Positions 20,226-28,724 of a stretch of 32,000 nucleotides of DNA are shown one piece after another; positions within the stretch are counted from its first letter, which is position 1, and each line of letters starts with the position of its first letter. The position numbers and the translations under genes are program-made. Under the pieces are notes generated by a model. It saw nothing but the letters and a program-made list of their open reading frames with translations. It ran no database searches and was not told where the DNA came from. The DNA is from Prochlorococcus sp. MIT 0801 (lineage in GTDB: Bacteria > Cyanobacteriota > Cyanobacteriia > PCC-6307 > Cyanobiaceae): assembly GCF_000757865.1 (NCBI RefSeq), contig NZ_CP007754.1:960001-992000 (forward strand), read 5' to 3'.

Positions 20226-21443
20226 TTAAGACTGTGTGTGGTCGGGTTGTTTCCAAACATATCTGTCGATAGCAAAATCCTTTTTTACTGCAACACAATT
20301 AGTAGCTATATGCCAAAGAGACTTGTGAATTGGAGTGGGATTGTATAGGTATACTTTAGTAAATTTATTTTTCAATATTCTCGTTGCAAGTCTTGCATGA
20401 TAGTGAGGAACAGTTGGTTCAATATGATGAATGGCGTGAGTAGAACCTATTGAGTGATGCAGAAAATCAAATATCTTTCCATAGGGTCTATCTATAGACA
20501 AGAAGGCTCCTCTCATATAAGAGAATTGACTAGCACCAAGATGGGGAACATCAGTATCTGTATGGTGGAGCCACGTATAAATAACTAGCCAAATATTAAC
20601 AACAATTAGAGGACCTAAGTAAAGACTAATCATAGAATTAATTCCAAAATTTATAGACCAAAGGATCAATAAAAGCACCATAAAACCAATTCCCCAGTCG
20701 GAGATCCATACTTTCTTAGCCCATATGGATGGCCAAAGTTTTTTTGAGAAGGGAGCTGCTGGCCAAAAATGATTACTGGTTCCATAACGAGGTCCGCCTG
20801 TTTTGCCAAGTAGTAAGTAAGCTGGCCATCCCAGAATCAAGTGAAGAAAAAGTTGATTAATTCCATATAGAAATTTTCCAAAAAACAACGAAGACTCCAT
20901 TTCATTCTCTCCACCTTTTTTCTCGGATTTACCATCGCCTGAGATAACAACAGGAACATGAGTTTCTCCATCTGTTATGTGGTTGGTAAAAGCATGGTGA
21001 ACAGCATGTGATCTTTGCCATGAAAAGTATGGAACTAATAAAAAAGAATGAAGACAATATCCGACAAGTGTTTCAAGTTTACGATTATCAGAAAATGCAC
21101 CATGTCCACATTCATGAGCTAAAACCCATAGCCCCATGGAAGTTGTCCCTGAGAGAATTGCATATAAAATCCAAATTGGAACCATCCCTTTGGTAAGAGG
21201 GATAGAGAGACCTATCAAAACAACAAAGAACTGGATAACTACTGTCCTAAAGAGATAAAAAAGAGATCTATTAGTTTGGCGAGTAAAACAATGCTTGGGT
21301 ATCGCTTCTCTAACTTCTTTTCTAGAGGGGATATCATCCAGTGAAATATCTAATGCTTTCCCGTTTAGACCAGAAGGAAGAAAAGTCCTATTATTAGTTT
21401 CGGTATTGACCCTCTCGAATCTAGTAAACAAACTTTTTTTCAA
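20226..21443 (-). CDS. membrane fatty-acid desaturase (Delta12/omega-type, three His boxes)
   Basis: 405 aa. His boxes HECGHG, WQRSHAVHH and HAIHHIEPTVPHYH with hydrophobic stretches between them. The start is a TTG at 21443; there is no nearby in-frame ATG. Confidence 0.9.
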   Translation of the reverse strand: MKKSLFTRFERVNTETNNRTFLPSGLNGKALDISLDDIPSRKEVREAIPKHCFTRQTNRSLFYLFRTVVIQFFVVLIGLSIPLTKGMVPIWILYAILSGTTSMGLWVLAHECGHGAFSDNRKLETLVGYCLHSFLLVPYFSWQRSHAVHHAFTNHITDGETHVPVVISGDGKSEKKGGENEMESSLFFGKFLYGINQLFLHLILGWPAYLLLGKTGGPRYGTSNHFWPAAPFSKKLWPSIWAKKVWISDWGIGFMVLLLILWSINFGINSMISLYLGPLIVVNIWLVIYTWLHHTDTDVPHLGASQFSYMRGAFLSIDRPYGKIFDFLHHSIGSTHAIHHIEPTVPHYHARLATRILKNKFTKVYLYNPTPIHKSLWHIATNCVAVKKDFAIDRYVWKQPDHTQS

Positions 21444-21632
21444 TTTTTAGAACATGATTACGGTTCATATACGACGTTACTCTTCAAGAGTGCTATGAGG
21501 CTATAGTAATTTCTAACTTTCACAAAAAATATTTTAAAGAATTATCATAATGTCTAATTAAAGTCCATTTATATGCCTTTAATATAAAAAATACAACTAG
21601 AAATTCATCACAAATACTTATATTTGAAAAAT

Positions 21633-21839
21633 TTAGTTATTCCTACTTTCTGGATATTCAACCGATCCATCTGCCTTCCTAACGGGTTTTGAATATAGAA
21701 CTCTTAATAAACCTTTTGTATCCATATTAGGACTAGTAATAAAAAAGCTTACAAGAAAAAAACCACCAAATAAAACTAATACAATTAAAATAGGCAAGCT
21801 AAGACCCATCTCTGAAAAAGATAATAAAAAAAGATACAT
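21633..21839 (-). CDS. 68-aa membrane miniprotein
   Basis: ATG start. Two hydrophobic segments (MYLFLLSF..., LPILIVLVLFGGFFLVSFFI). Confidence 0.5.
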   Translation of the reverse strand: MYLFLLSFSEMGLSLPILIVLVLFGGFFLVSFFITSPNMDTKGLLRVLYSKPVRKADGSVEYPESRNN

Positions 21840-21924
21840 CCTAAGTACTAATAGTTAAATATAAGAATTCTAATATTAAACGATTTAATAAAAAGATAAA
21901 CAAATGTAAATGAATAATAATTAT

Positions 21925-22617
21925 CTATAATTGAATTTTTTCGTAAGGAATCTCAACTATATCATTATTATCTACAAATACATTATAAGTATTTTTATTG
22001 TTTTTGAAACTTACATTTTTAAAAGGTTTGCCATCAATAAAGTGCATCGCGGAACCGCCTTCAATAGAAATGCAATTGGTAACTTTTTTTTCAAGTAGTA
22101 TTTTTTTTACATAAGGAATACGTGCAGGTTCCTCATCATAATGAGGACAGCAAGTCCCACTAATAAAATTTAAACAAGGTAATATCCTTAATTCGTTATC
22201 CCATGAGTCAGTAATACCACTAGTAAACCAGCAAATTGCTCCTGCACTTACCCCACTCATGATTACTCCTTTATTGTAAGCCTCTTTAAGTATTTGACTC
22301 ATCCCCCAATCATTCCAAATCGCAAGCATGCTCTTTGTATTTCCACCACCAACAAATACAATATCTTGATCCATTATATGATTTTCTATATCGATAGTTC
22401 TATTAAAAAATTCAATGTGACTAGGAATGCACTTCAGGCGAGTAAAAATCGAATAAAACCGTACTATATAGCTATCATTATCACCAGTTGCTGTTGGCAA
22501 GAAGCAAATTTTTGGGTAATTATTACTTGAATTACTAAGTAAATATTCTTCTATCAACTTAGAAGAACTCTTTCTGCCAAATCCACCACCACCTATTGCA
22601 ATAATATGTTTTTTCAA
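21925..22617 (-). CDS. peptidase S51 family protein (dipeptidase E / cyanophycinase-like, class I glutamine amidotransferase-like fold)
   Basis: 230 aa. IIAIGGGGF N-terminus, FVGGGNT, nucleophile elbow MSGVSAGAICW, and downstream CPHYDEE. TTG start at 22617. Confidence 0.75.
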   Translation of the reverse strand: MKKHIIAIGGGGFGRKSSSKLIEEYLLSNSSNNYPKICFLPTATGDNDSYIVRFYSIFTRLKCIPSHIEFFNRTIDIENHIMDQDIVFVGGGNTKSMLAIWNDWGMSQILKEAYNKGVIMSGVSAGAICWFTSGITDSWDNELRILPCLNFISGTCCPHYDEEPARIPYVKKILLEKKVTNCISIEGGSAMHFIDGKPFKNVSFKNNKNTYNVFVDNNDIVEIPYEKIQL

Positions 22618-22723
22618 GGGTTAAATATATTACTTTTAATATTGTACAATGAATAAAAACATAACAGAAACAATATCTAGATGTTTAAAAAGAAAGAATT
22701 TTTAATTAAATAAAATCAAATAC

Positions 22724-23443
22724 TTACCATGGAATAATACTGCTATCCCAAGCTAAAAACTTACCTGAATCTGATGTTTTTTGCGAAGAAATAATATTAA
22801 TTAAGTATTCTGTTGATTGAGCAGGAGTAAAAAGTTTATCTTTAGGAACAGCTGATTGAAAAGGTTTTGACAATTTCGTATCACAAGTCCCTGGATGCAA
22901 TATAGATACAATTGATAATGGGAATTTTCGACGCCATTCAATACTGAGAGTTTTTAAAAATTGATTCTGAGCAGCTTTAGAAGCCCTATATGAATACCAA
23001 CCACCAAGCCTATTATCACCAATACTTCCAACCCTGGCACTTAAACTTGCATAGGAGAATGGAAGTTCTGGTTCGATAAATTTTTCTATAGTTTTGGCAA
23101 TCAAAATGGGGGCAATAGAATTAATAGAAAAATTCTTGATAATATTAGAGCGACTGATATGTGAAAGTCTCTTTTCAGGTTTTAAATCTCTAGAATGAAG
23201 AAAACCACTGGTATTTATGACTAGACGAAGCGGCTTCTTAAATAGTGATATTTGTTTTTCAAGAGATATAAATGAATCATCTTTTTCCAAGTCTAAATAT
23301 ATCGAATTTTGACTTTTTAGATTTCGCCCACAGACAAAAATATCCAATTTAGGCGATAAAGTTGTCAAATAATCAGACATACATTTACCAATATCGCCAG
23401 CACCAATAATTAGAGCTATTCCTTTCCAATCCCGAATTGTCAT
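22724..23443 (-). CDS. short-chain dehydrogenase/reductase (SDR)
   Basis: 239 aa with ATG start. Cofactor loop ALIIGAGDIGKCM and catalytic YSYRASKAA (YxxxK). Confidence 0.85.
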   Translation of the reverse strand: MTIRDWKGIALIIGAGDIGKCMSDYLTTLSPKLDIFVCGRNLKSQNSIYLDLEKDDSFISLEKQISLFKKPLRLVINTSGFLHSRDLKPEKRLSHISRSNIIKNFSINSIAPILIAKTIEKFIEPELPFSYASLSARVGSIGDNRLGGWYSYRASKAAQNQFLKTLSIEWRRKFPLSIVSILHPGTCDTKLSKPFQSAVPKDKLFTPAQSTEYLINIISSQKTSDSGKFLAWDSSIIPW

Positions 23444-23754
23444 GATATTAAAAGATTAAACTCAATACTAGAGAAATCTTCTCATAAGCGAGTGTTTCAA
23501 ACAAACTACATTTATCTACATTAATTATCTTATATAATAATAGAAAGTATATAATGAAAAAAAATATATTGAAATCATGGAAAATGACTGGCTATATGAA
23601 TTTCAAACATATATTAAGAAATTTGCACTTCTTATAATTTCGATATTAATTATATTATTAATATTATCAGTTATATATTGATTTCATAAAGAAAAGCAAA
23701 TCATTGGAATAATCCACCACATGAAAAATCTACAGTTATATTGAAATAAAAAAC

Positions 23755-24495
23755 ATGACTATAAAAGCGACATACTACGGAGCGAATGGTTGGCTTATTG
23801 AATTGGATAAAACAAGAATTTTGATTGACCCTTGGCTAAATGGCGATTTAACATTCACTCCAGGAGATTGGCTAATAAAGGGGAAACTGAGTAAAGAAAA
23901 TGAGGTTCCCATAAGCATTGATTTATTATTACTAACTCAAGGCCAGCCTGATCATGCCCATCCTCCAACACTAGAGAAAATAAATAAAAGTATTCCAGTA
24001 ATTGCTTCAAAAGCAGCTAGTAATGTTGCAAGTAAAATCGGTTTTACCCAAATAAACACACTAAAGCCTGGTGAAAGCTTTAAAGAGAACAATATATATA
24101 TTCAAGCTTCATCAGGCGCGCCAGTTCCAAATATAGAAAATGGATACATTATCGAATCAGGCATAAATTCAATTTATATCGAGCCACATGGATTTCTTGA
24201 TAAAAAACTTAAAGCTAGAAAAATAGATTTAGTAATAACCCCAGTAATAGATTTTTCATTACCACTTGTAGGTAAATTTATAAAAGGTAAAACTGTACTA
24301 CCTCAATTACTAAAGTTATTTAATCCATCAACAGTCTTAGCAAGTACAACAGGGGGAGATATTACTTTTACAGGAATAATAAATAATTTAATCAAAGTTG
24401 ATGGTTCAGTTGAAGATATGTGCTTGTTGAAAGATAGAAGTACTATTTTAATAAATCCTGAACCATTAAAAGAATATAAATTCGAGAAAAACTAA
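23755..24495 (+). CDS. MBL-fold (metallo-beta-lactamase superfamily) protein with degenerate metal motif
   Basis: 246 aa with ATG start. YYGANGWLIE...ILIDPW beta-strand start and LLLTQGQPDHAHP at the position of the HxHxDH motif. Confidence 0.7.
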   Translation: MTIKATYYGANGWLIELDKTRILIDPWLNGDLTFTPGDWLIKGKLSKENEVPISIDLLLLTQGQPDHAHPPTLEKINKSIPVIASKAASNVASKIGFTQINTLKPGESFKENNIYIQASSGAPVPNIENGYIIESGINSIYIEPHGFLDKKLKARKIDLVITPVIDFSLPLVGKFIKGKTVLPQLLKLFNPSTVLASTTGGDITFTGIINNLIKVDGSVEDMCLLKDRSTILINPEPLKEYKFEKN

Positions 24496-24510
24496 TCAAT
24501 TACAAGCCAT

Positions 24511-24693
24511 CTATGTATTGTTTTTTTCGTCTTGAGTAATGTAAAATTGAGATACTTCATTTAACATTTTAATGACGATTTCGTTACCACACTTTGTTCT
24601 TTCTTGAAGTCTCATACAAGCTTCTTTGATATTAACAAAGGCATCTTCCCTCATTTCAGATAATTGTTCTTCCGAATATTCTGCTTTAATCAT
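24511..24693 (-). CDS. 60-aa hypothetical protein
   Basis: The track ORF begins at a TTG (24708); the ATG at 24693 gives MIKAEYSEEQLSEMREDAF.... Helical and charged. Confidence 0.4.
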   Translation of the reverse strand: MIKAEYSEEQLSEMREDAFVNIKEACMRLQERTKCGNEIVIKMLNEVSQFYITQDEKNNT

Positions 24694-24754
24694 TGTGAAT
24701 TTAAACAATTATTTTAATATTAGTATACTGATAGGTTAAAATAGCAAAATAAAG

Positions 24755-25087
24755 CTAAGTATTAATTAAATCTGATAATGACTTAAATTGCTTACGATAT
24801 TTAACAAGTGTTTTTAAATCTGGAAAACCTTCTGATGATAGTTTAGTTATGAATGATTTCTCAAATCCTAGTATTGACTGTGCAGAAGCTTTCTCAGCAT
24901 CAATGCTAAATAAGGGCTTTGTCTTCTCATATAGCTTCTGGTAAACATCTAGGTCAGATTCATTATCAAAAATAGAACCATCTTCTGCTGTAAAAGATTT
25001 TTTATTAATACTTTTATACAAATATAGTCCAAGAAATACTACAGCAACCAAGATAAAAATAGCTATAGCTATTAATGTAATATCCAT
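24755..25087 (-). CDS. 110-aa N-terminally membrane-anchored hypothetical protein
   Basis: ATG start. N-terminal helix ITLIAIAIFILVAVVFLGLYLY followed by a soluble domain. Confidence 0.55.
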   Translation of the reverse strand: MDITLIAIAIFILVAVVFLGLYLYKSINKKSFTAEDGSIFDNESDLDVYQKLYEKTKPLFSIDAEKASAQSILGFEKSFITKLSSEGFPDLKTLVKYRKQFKSLSDLINT

Positions 25088-25260
25088 AAATTTAGTAAGA
25101 ATTACAATACATCTTAGTGGATAAAGAAAAGAAATGGGAAAATATGATTATTAAATTGAGTAGTATCACTCAAGGGCTTGGCTAGGTTTTGTGTGATCAA
25201 TTTGAACTGACACATTAATTAGTTATCTATATAATAAAAAAGTACGACTATTTTAGTAAA

Positions 25261-25407
25261 GTGAATTTTATTTTTATTATAGTTATTTTATTTATATTAA
25301 CTATCTGTATTTTTAATTATTTAATCTATAGACGAAAAAAAAATTCTTATCTTGTGGCCGGTAAAAAGTGGGATAGAATAGTTGATGAGCTAAGAGGAAG
25401 AAAGTAG
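25261..25407 (+). CDS. possible 48-aa membrane miniprotein (GTG start)
   Basis: Hand-translated: (M)NFIFIIVILFILTICIFNYLIYRRKKNSYLVAGKKWDRIVDELRGRK. Helix plus basic tail (positive-inside-like). The only start is a GTG, so this is weak. Confidence 0.25.
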   Translation: MNFIFIIVILFILTICIFNYLIYRRKKNSYLVAGKKWDRIVDELRGRK

Positions 25408-25412
25408 ACTTT

Positions 25413-25628
25413 TTAATTATATTCTCCTGGTACATCATTCTTTTGTACTGTAACTCTTCCAACTTTTTTACCTGAAAATCGAAGCAATTCATCTCCTGAG
25501 AATTCATATCCCATCCTTAAGGCAATCAGGGCAACGTCATCTGCCGTTGAGGAAGAAAGAACTTCATTTTTTAGACTCTCATCATTCTGCATTTCCTTTA
25601 AAAATCTTCTTAATTGATCTAATGACAT
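25413..25628 (-). CDS. Nif11-like domain peptide (leader-peptide-type) with 25-30 aa C-terminal tail
   Basis: 71 aa with ATG start. MSLDQLRRFLKEMQNDESLKNEVLSSSTADDVALIALRMGYEFSGDEL closely follows the Nif11/N11P leader consensus (MSxEQLKAFLxKVxxDxxLQxxL....xxVVxIAKxxGFxIS.xxL). Confidence 0.7.
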   Translation of the reverse strand: MSLDQLRRFLKEMQNDESLKNEVLSSSTADDVALIALRMGYEFSGDELLRFSGKKVGRVTVQKNDVPGEYN

Positions 25629-25787
25629 TTAATAAAAGTGAATACTATTATTAGATTAATAACATTAGATTATCAAAGACCTATTAAATTAAAAATTAAT
25701 AAAATAACAACAAAATATAAATATTAAAATTGTACATTAATCAATAATCAAGATAAAATGTATAGTCAGTAGATTACTATACAGAAC

Positions 25788-26024
25788 ATGAAGTCAATCT
25801 TATTTGTATCTATTATACTTCTTACTTTCACTGGAACAGCTTATTCATACCCTGAAAGTCAAATGGATGACTGCGTTTCAAGTGCTTTAAGCAATCCTGC
25901 AACTAAGTCAATATCAGAAAATGCAATAACAAACTATTGCGATTGTGCTCTCAAAGCAATTATTGATGATAATAAAGATATTAGAGAATCAGGTTACGAG
26001 TGTGCTCAACAAAACTTTAATTAA
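25788..26024 (+). CDS. small secreted Cys-containing protein (78 aa)
   Basis: ATG start. Signal-peptide-like N-terminus MKSILFVSIILLTFTGTAYS, then a mature part with 4 Cys. Confidence 0.55.
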   Translation: MKSILFVSIILLTFTGTAYSYPESQMDDCVSSALSNPATKSISENAITNYCDCALKAIIDDNKDIRESGYECAQQNFN

Positions 26025-26073
26025 TTAGCCTAAATATAAATAATTCAAGTAATGAACTTAAAGATAAATAAAT

Positions 26074-26271
26074 CTAATAGAAATTCACATCAGACCTACC
26101 CCAATCGTTAGGCAATGCCAATACCCAATCATCAATAGAAGTTCCCAACCATTCCTTATATTCTTGAAAAATACATCTTCTTATATTGGCATCTGATGCA
26201 GATTCCATTCGAAGCACCGCATAAGAGACAACTTTGTGAAGGGTCAACTTCAAATCATCATCATCACTCAT
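26074..26271 (-). CDS. 65-aa hypothetical protein
   Basis: The track ORF starts at a TTG (26307); the ATG at 26271 gives MSDDDDLKLTLHKVV.... Confidence 0.4.
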   Translation of the reverse strand: MSDDDDLKLTLHKVVSYAVLRMESASDANIRRCIFQEYKEWLGTSIDDWVLALPNDWGRSDVNFY

Positions 26272-26355
26272 TTTATAAATCCAAACCAATATTTCTATAC
26301 ATAGCAATAAAATAAAAAAATAAACACATAGATCTTTACAAGATCATCATGAACA

Positions 26356-26556
26356 ATGACTTTTAATGTGGCCAGATTGAGAGTAAAGGAACTAGCAGAG
26401 GCCCTAAGCATTGATTCTTCTGAAATAATTGCAACATGCACGCTCTTAAAAATTCCTGCTTCATCACCACTATCGTCATTAACAGTAGAACAGAGCAAAG
26501 AAATAATTGACTATATCCAAAAGCTAAACTCCAACCAAAATATTAATAAGGAATAA
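26356..26556 (+). CDS. stand-alone IF2_N-like domain protein (66 aa)
   Basis: ATG start. LRVKELAEALSIDSSEIIATCTLLKIPASSPLSSLTVEQSKEII follows the IF-2 N-terminal region pattern (iRVyELAKeLgvsskeLixkLxxlGixvkshmSsLdeeeaexl). Confidence 0.5.
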   Translation: MTFNVARLRVKELAEALSIDSSEIIATCTLLKIPASSPLSSLTVEQSKEIIDYIQKLNSNQNINKE

Positions 26557-26679
26557 TTGTGATAACCAAAATGATTCATAACGAAAATTTTAAAATTAAA
26601 GTTACTTGAATCAATAAGCAAAGATATGATCGAACTAAGTTTGTAAAAATACTATATGAAAGAAATAATAAGAATAAAT

Positions 26680-26901
26680 CTAAAGATCATTAGCTTCTCT
26701 GAACAAAGCATCTTGATAATCTGATTCTTTTTTTAGATTTTCCATTTTAATTGGGTCAAAATGATCTATTAATGACTTGCCAAACTCAAAAATTTCCATA
26801 TCAGATAATCCCTGATCGCGTAAACCTGCAAGAATTGAAGATATGTCTTGGAACGCATCCTTACATAATTCTTTCTTATCTTCAGCTGTAAGAGATTGCA
26901 T
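26680..26901 (-). CDS. 73-aa acidic hypothetical protein
   Basis: ATG start verified at 26901-26899. Helical, acidic sequence. Confidence 0.45.
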   Translation of the reverse strand: MQSLTAEDKKELCKDAFQDISSILAGLRDQGLSDMEIFEFGKSLIDHFDPIKMENLKKESDYQDALFREANDL

Positions 26902-27059
26902 ATCAGATGATTACTAACACATTTAATTCAATCATACTATAAGTAATGATTAAAATGGATGATTATAAAATAGGCAAGGTTTAACCTTATAGAAACAAAA
27001 ACAACAAATATTTAATTCGATTATTACTATACTATAAAAGTTAAGACTAATGATTTAAA

Positions 27060-28103
27060 TTGAATCTAATAAAAACAAGTAAATTTAGAGGATATTTAAA
27101 AGTTTGGACTGCTCCAATATCATTACTCATATTCTTATTCTTATTCGGTGCATTAGGCTATAGATTTACAGAAGGATGGGATTGGGGAGATTGTTTATGG
27201 ATGGTACTGATTACTATTACAACAATAGGTTTTGGTGAAGTTGAAGTTTTGAGTTCAGCAGGGCGGGTTATAACTTTTTTAATCATCGGTGGGGGATTAT
27301 TTGTAGTTCAATTAACTCTTCAAAGATTTATACAATTGTCTGAACTAGGATATTTCATAAAATTAGAGGAGCTCCGATTAAGGAGATTAATTAGAAGAAT
27401 GAAAAATCATGTAATTATATGTGGGTATGGTCGTACAGGTAAAGAAATTGCTGACCAATTAAAGTCTGAAAAAATATCTACTCTAATAATAGAAAACGAT
27501 ACAACAAGCAAAATCGAAGCAGAGGAAAAAGGATTCAACGTCCTATTAGCCGATGCAACAATGGACGAAACATTATTACTAGCTGGAGTAAAAAATTGTC
27601 GGAGTCTAGTTGTTACTCTTCCAAATGATGCAGCAAATTTATATGTTGTTCTTAGTGCCAAAGCACTAAATGAAAGCTGCAGATTGATCGCTAGAGCAGC
27701 GAACGAGGAAGCTGCTAGTAAATTAAAACTTGCTGGAGCTGATGCGGTAGTTAGTCCATATGTTGCTGCAGGGAGAACCATGGCCGCCTCCGCATTAAGA
27801 CCTATAGCTGTAGACTTTATAGATTTACTTGCAGGCTCCGATTGCGAAATAGAAGAATTCAAGCTTACTGAGGATATTGATAAAATTGATATCTTTACAA
27901 GTCATCATGAAAATTCTCTTGACTTCTCAAAACGTGATCAAGCACTACTATTAGCAACTAAAGTCTCGGGTCAATTATTTGGTAATCCTAAAAATATTGT
28001 ATCTATCTCTCCAGGTATGATTTTGATATTCCTTGGAAGTAAAGAGCAACTAAACAGGATTCGTGTTCGCCTTAGAGAAGTTTTGGTAAAACCACTTAGT
28101 TAA
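27060..28103 (+). CDS. two-TM potassium channel with cytoplasmic RCK/TrkA-N domain (MthK-like)
   Basis: 347 aa. TM1, pore helix and filter WMVLITITTIGFGEV, TM2, then the Rossmann-like HVIICGYGRTGKEIA RCK domain and a TrkA-C-like tail. TTG start at 27060; the first ATG would delete TM1. Confidence 0.85.
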   Translation: MNLIKTSKFRGYLKVWTAPISLLIFLFLFGALGYRFTEGWDWGDCLWMVLITITTIGFGEVEVLSSAGRVITFLIIGGGLFVVQLTLQRFIQLSELGYFIKLEELRLRRLIRRMKNHVIICGYGRTGKEIADQLKSEKISTLIIENDTTSKIEAEEKGFNVLLADATMDETLLLAGVKNCRSLVVTLPNDAANLYVVLSAKALNESCRLIARAANEEAASKLKLAGADAVVSPYVAAGRTMAASALRPIAVDFIDLLAGSDCEIEEFKLTEDIDKIDIFTSHHENSLDFSKRDQALLLATKVSGQLFGNPKNIVSISPGMILIFLGSKEQLNRIRVRLREVLVKPLS

Positions 28104-28198
28104 TCTTTGAAAACAGTCCAAAGTGGGATAACACTACAATAAAGACTTAACGCCTAAAAATAAAATTGATTAGAACAAGTGGAACGGATTTCTAATAG

Positions 28199-28450
28199 AT
28201 GACATTACAAACAAAAGACGAATTAACAGACGAGATAAGAACAAACATTGACTCATCAATAATCAATGGAAGTATATTTTCTAAAGACTACGTAGATTTC
28301 TTGAGTGAAGCTGGTTGGAGATTAGAAAAAAAACTTCCATCAAATAGTGATAAATATTCAGACTTGCTTGAAGATACTGATTGGAAATCAAAAGATATTG
28401 ATCACAAATCCTCAAAGCATTACAGAAGAGATCTTGATGCAATAAGCTGA
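28199..28450 (+). CDS. 83-aa hypothetical protein
   Basis: ATG-start ORF. Hydrophilic, with no recognisable motif. Confidence 0.4.
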   Translation: MTLQTKDELTDEIRTNIDSSIINGSIFSKDYVDFLSEAGWRLEKKLPSNSDKYSDLLEDTDWKSKDIDHKSSKHYRRDLDAIS

Positions 28451-28536
28451 TTCGTTTTGTGTTTAGTATTTAATAATGGCTAAAATTAATAAATGCATCC
28501 CATATTAAGATGTATTTATTAATTGCCTCAAAATAG

Positions 28537-28665
28537 ATGAATTCTGAAAATCAATCATGGAAAGTATGGTTTTTTGTTTTTTGCCTCAACGTAGTTGCTA
28601 TCGGTGGTGCTTTCTACCTTAAATCAATTGGAATTGACCTTTATGCCTTTAGGGGATCATCTTGA
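28537..28665 (+). CDS. 42-aa single-pass membrane miniprotein (hypothetical)
   Basis: Hand-translated: MNSENQSWKVWFFVFCLNVVAIGGAFYLKSIGIDLYAFRGSS. Confidence 0.3.
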   Translation: MNSENQSWKVWFFVFCLNVVAIGGAFYLKSIGIDLYAFRGSS

Positions 28666-28724
28666 TTGCTAGGTAAAACTTTTTTATTAAAACAAAATTA
28701 AAATTCAACAGGAATTTAGATAAA

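Noticed and set aside
21008-21196. 62-aa ORF antisense within the desaturase gene
   Set aside because: It is nested in a CDS with three intact His boxes.
22294-22530. 78-aa ORF antisense within the S51 peptidase gene
   Set aside because: It is nested in a motif-supported CDS.
23577-23681. 34-aa ORF (MENDWLYEFQTYIKKFALLIISILIILLILSVIY) in the SDR/MBL intergenic region
   Set aside because: It is very short, extremely AT-rich, and competes with another small ORF in a different frame. It could be real, but I cannot support it from sequence alone.
25165-25197. Locally GC-richer intergenic patch with an ATCAC...GTGAT inverted repeat, a possible sRNA or terminator
   Set aside because: It has only a 5-bp stem with a 23-nt loop. 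There is no following T-tract and no recognisable Yfr-type motif, so the evidence is insufficient.
25313-25507. 64-aa minus-strand ORF overlapping the 3' end of the Nif11-like gene
   Set aside because: It overlaps the Nif11-like CDS in another frame. It also overlaps the better-structured plus-strand 48-aa membrane ORF.
19941-25628. Lanthipeptide (prochlorosin-like) biosynthetic cluster
   Set aside because: No LanM or other maturase-sized ORF is present. The candidate tails lack Cys and are poor in Ser/Thr.
26295-26498. 67-aa minus-strand ORF overlapping the IF2_N-like gene
   Set aside because: The plus-strand frame gives a recognisable domain pattern and the minus-strand frame does not.
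27407-27862. 151-aa ORF antisense to the K+ channel gene
   Set aside because: It lies entirely inside a well-supported CDS on the other strand. Its Ala/Ser/Leu-rich low-complexity translation is typical of the antisense frame of an RCK domain.
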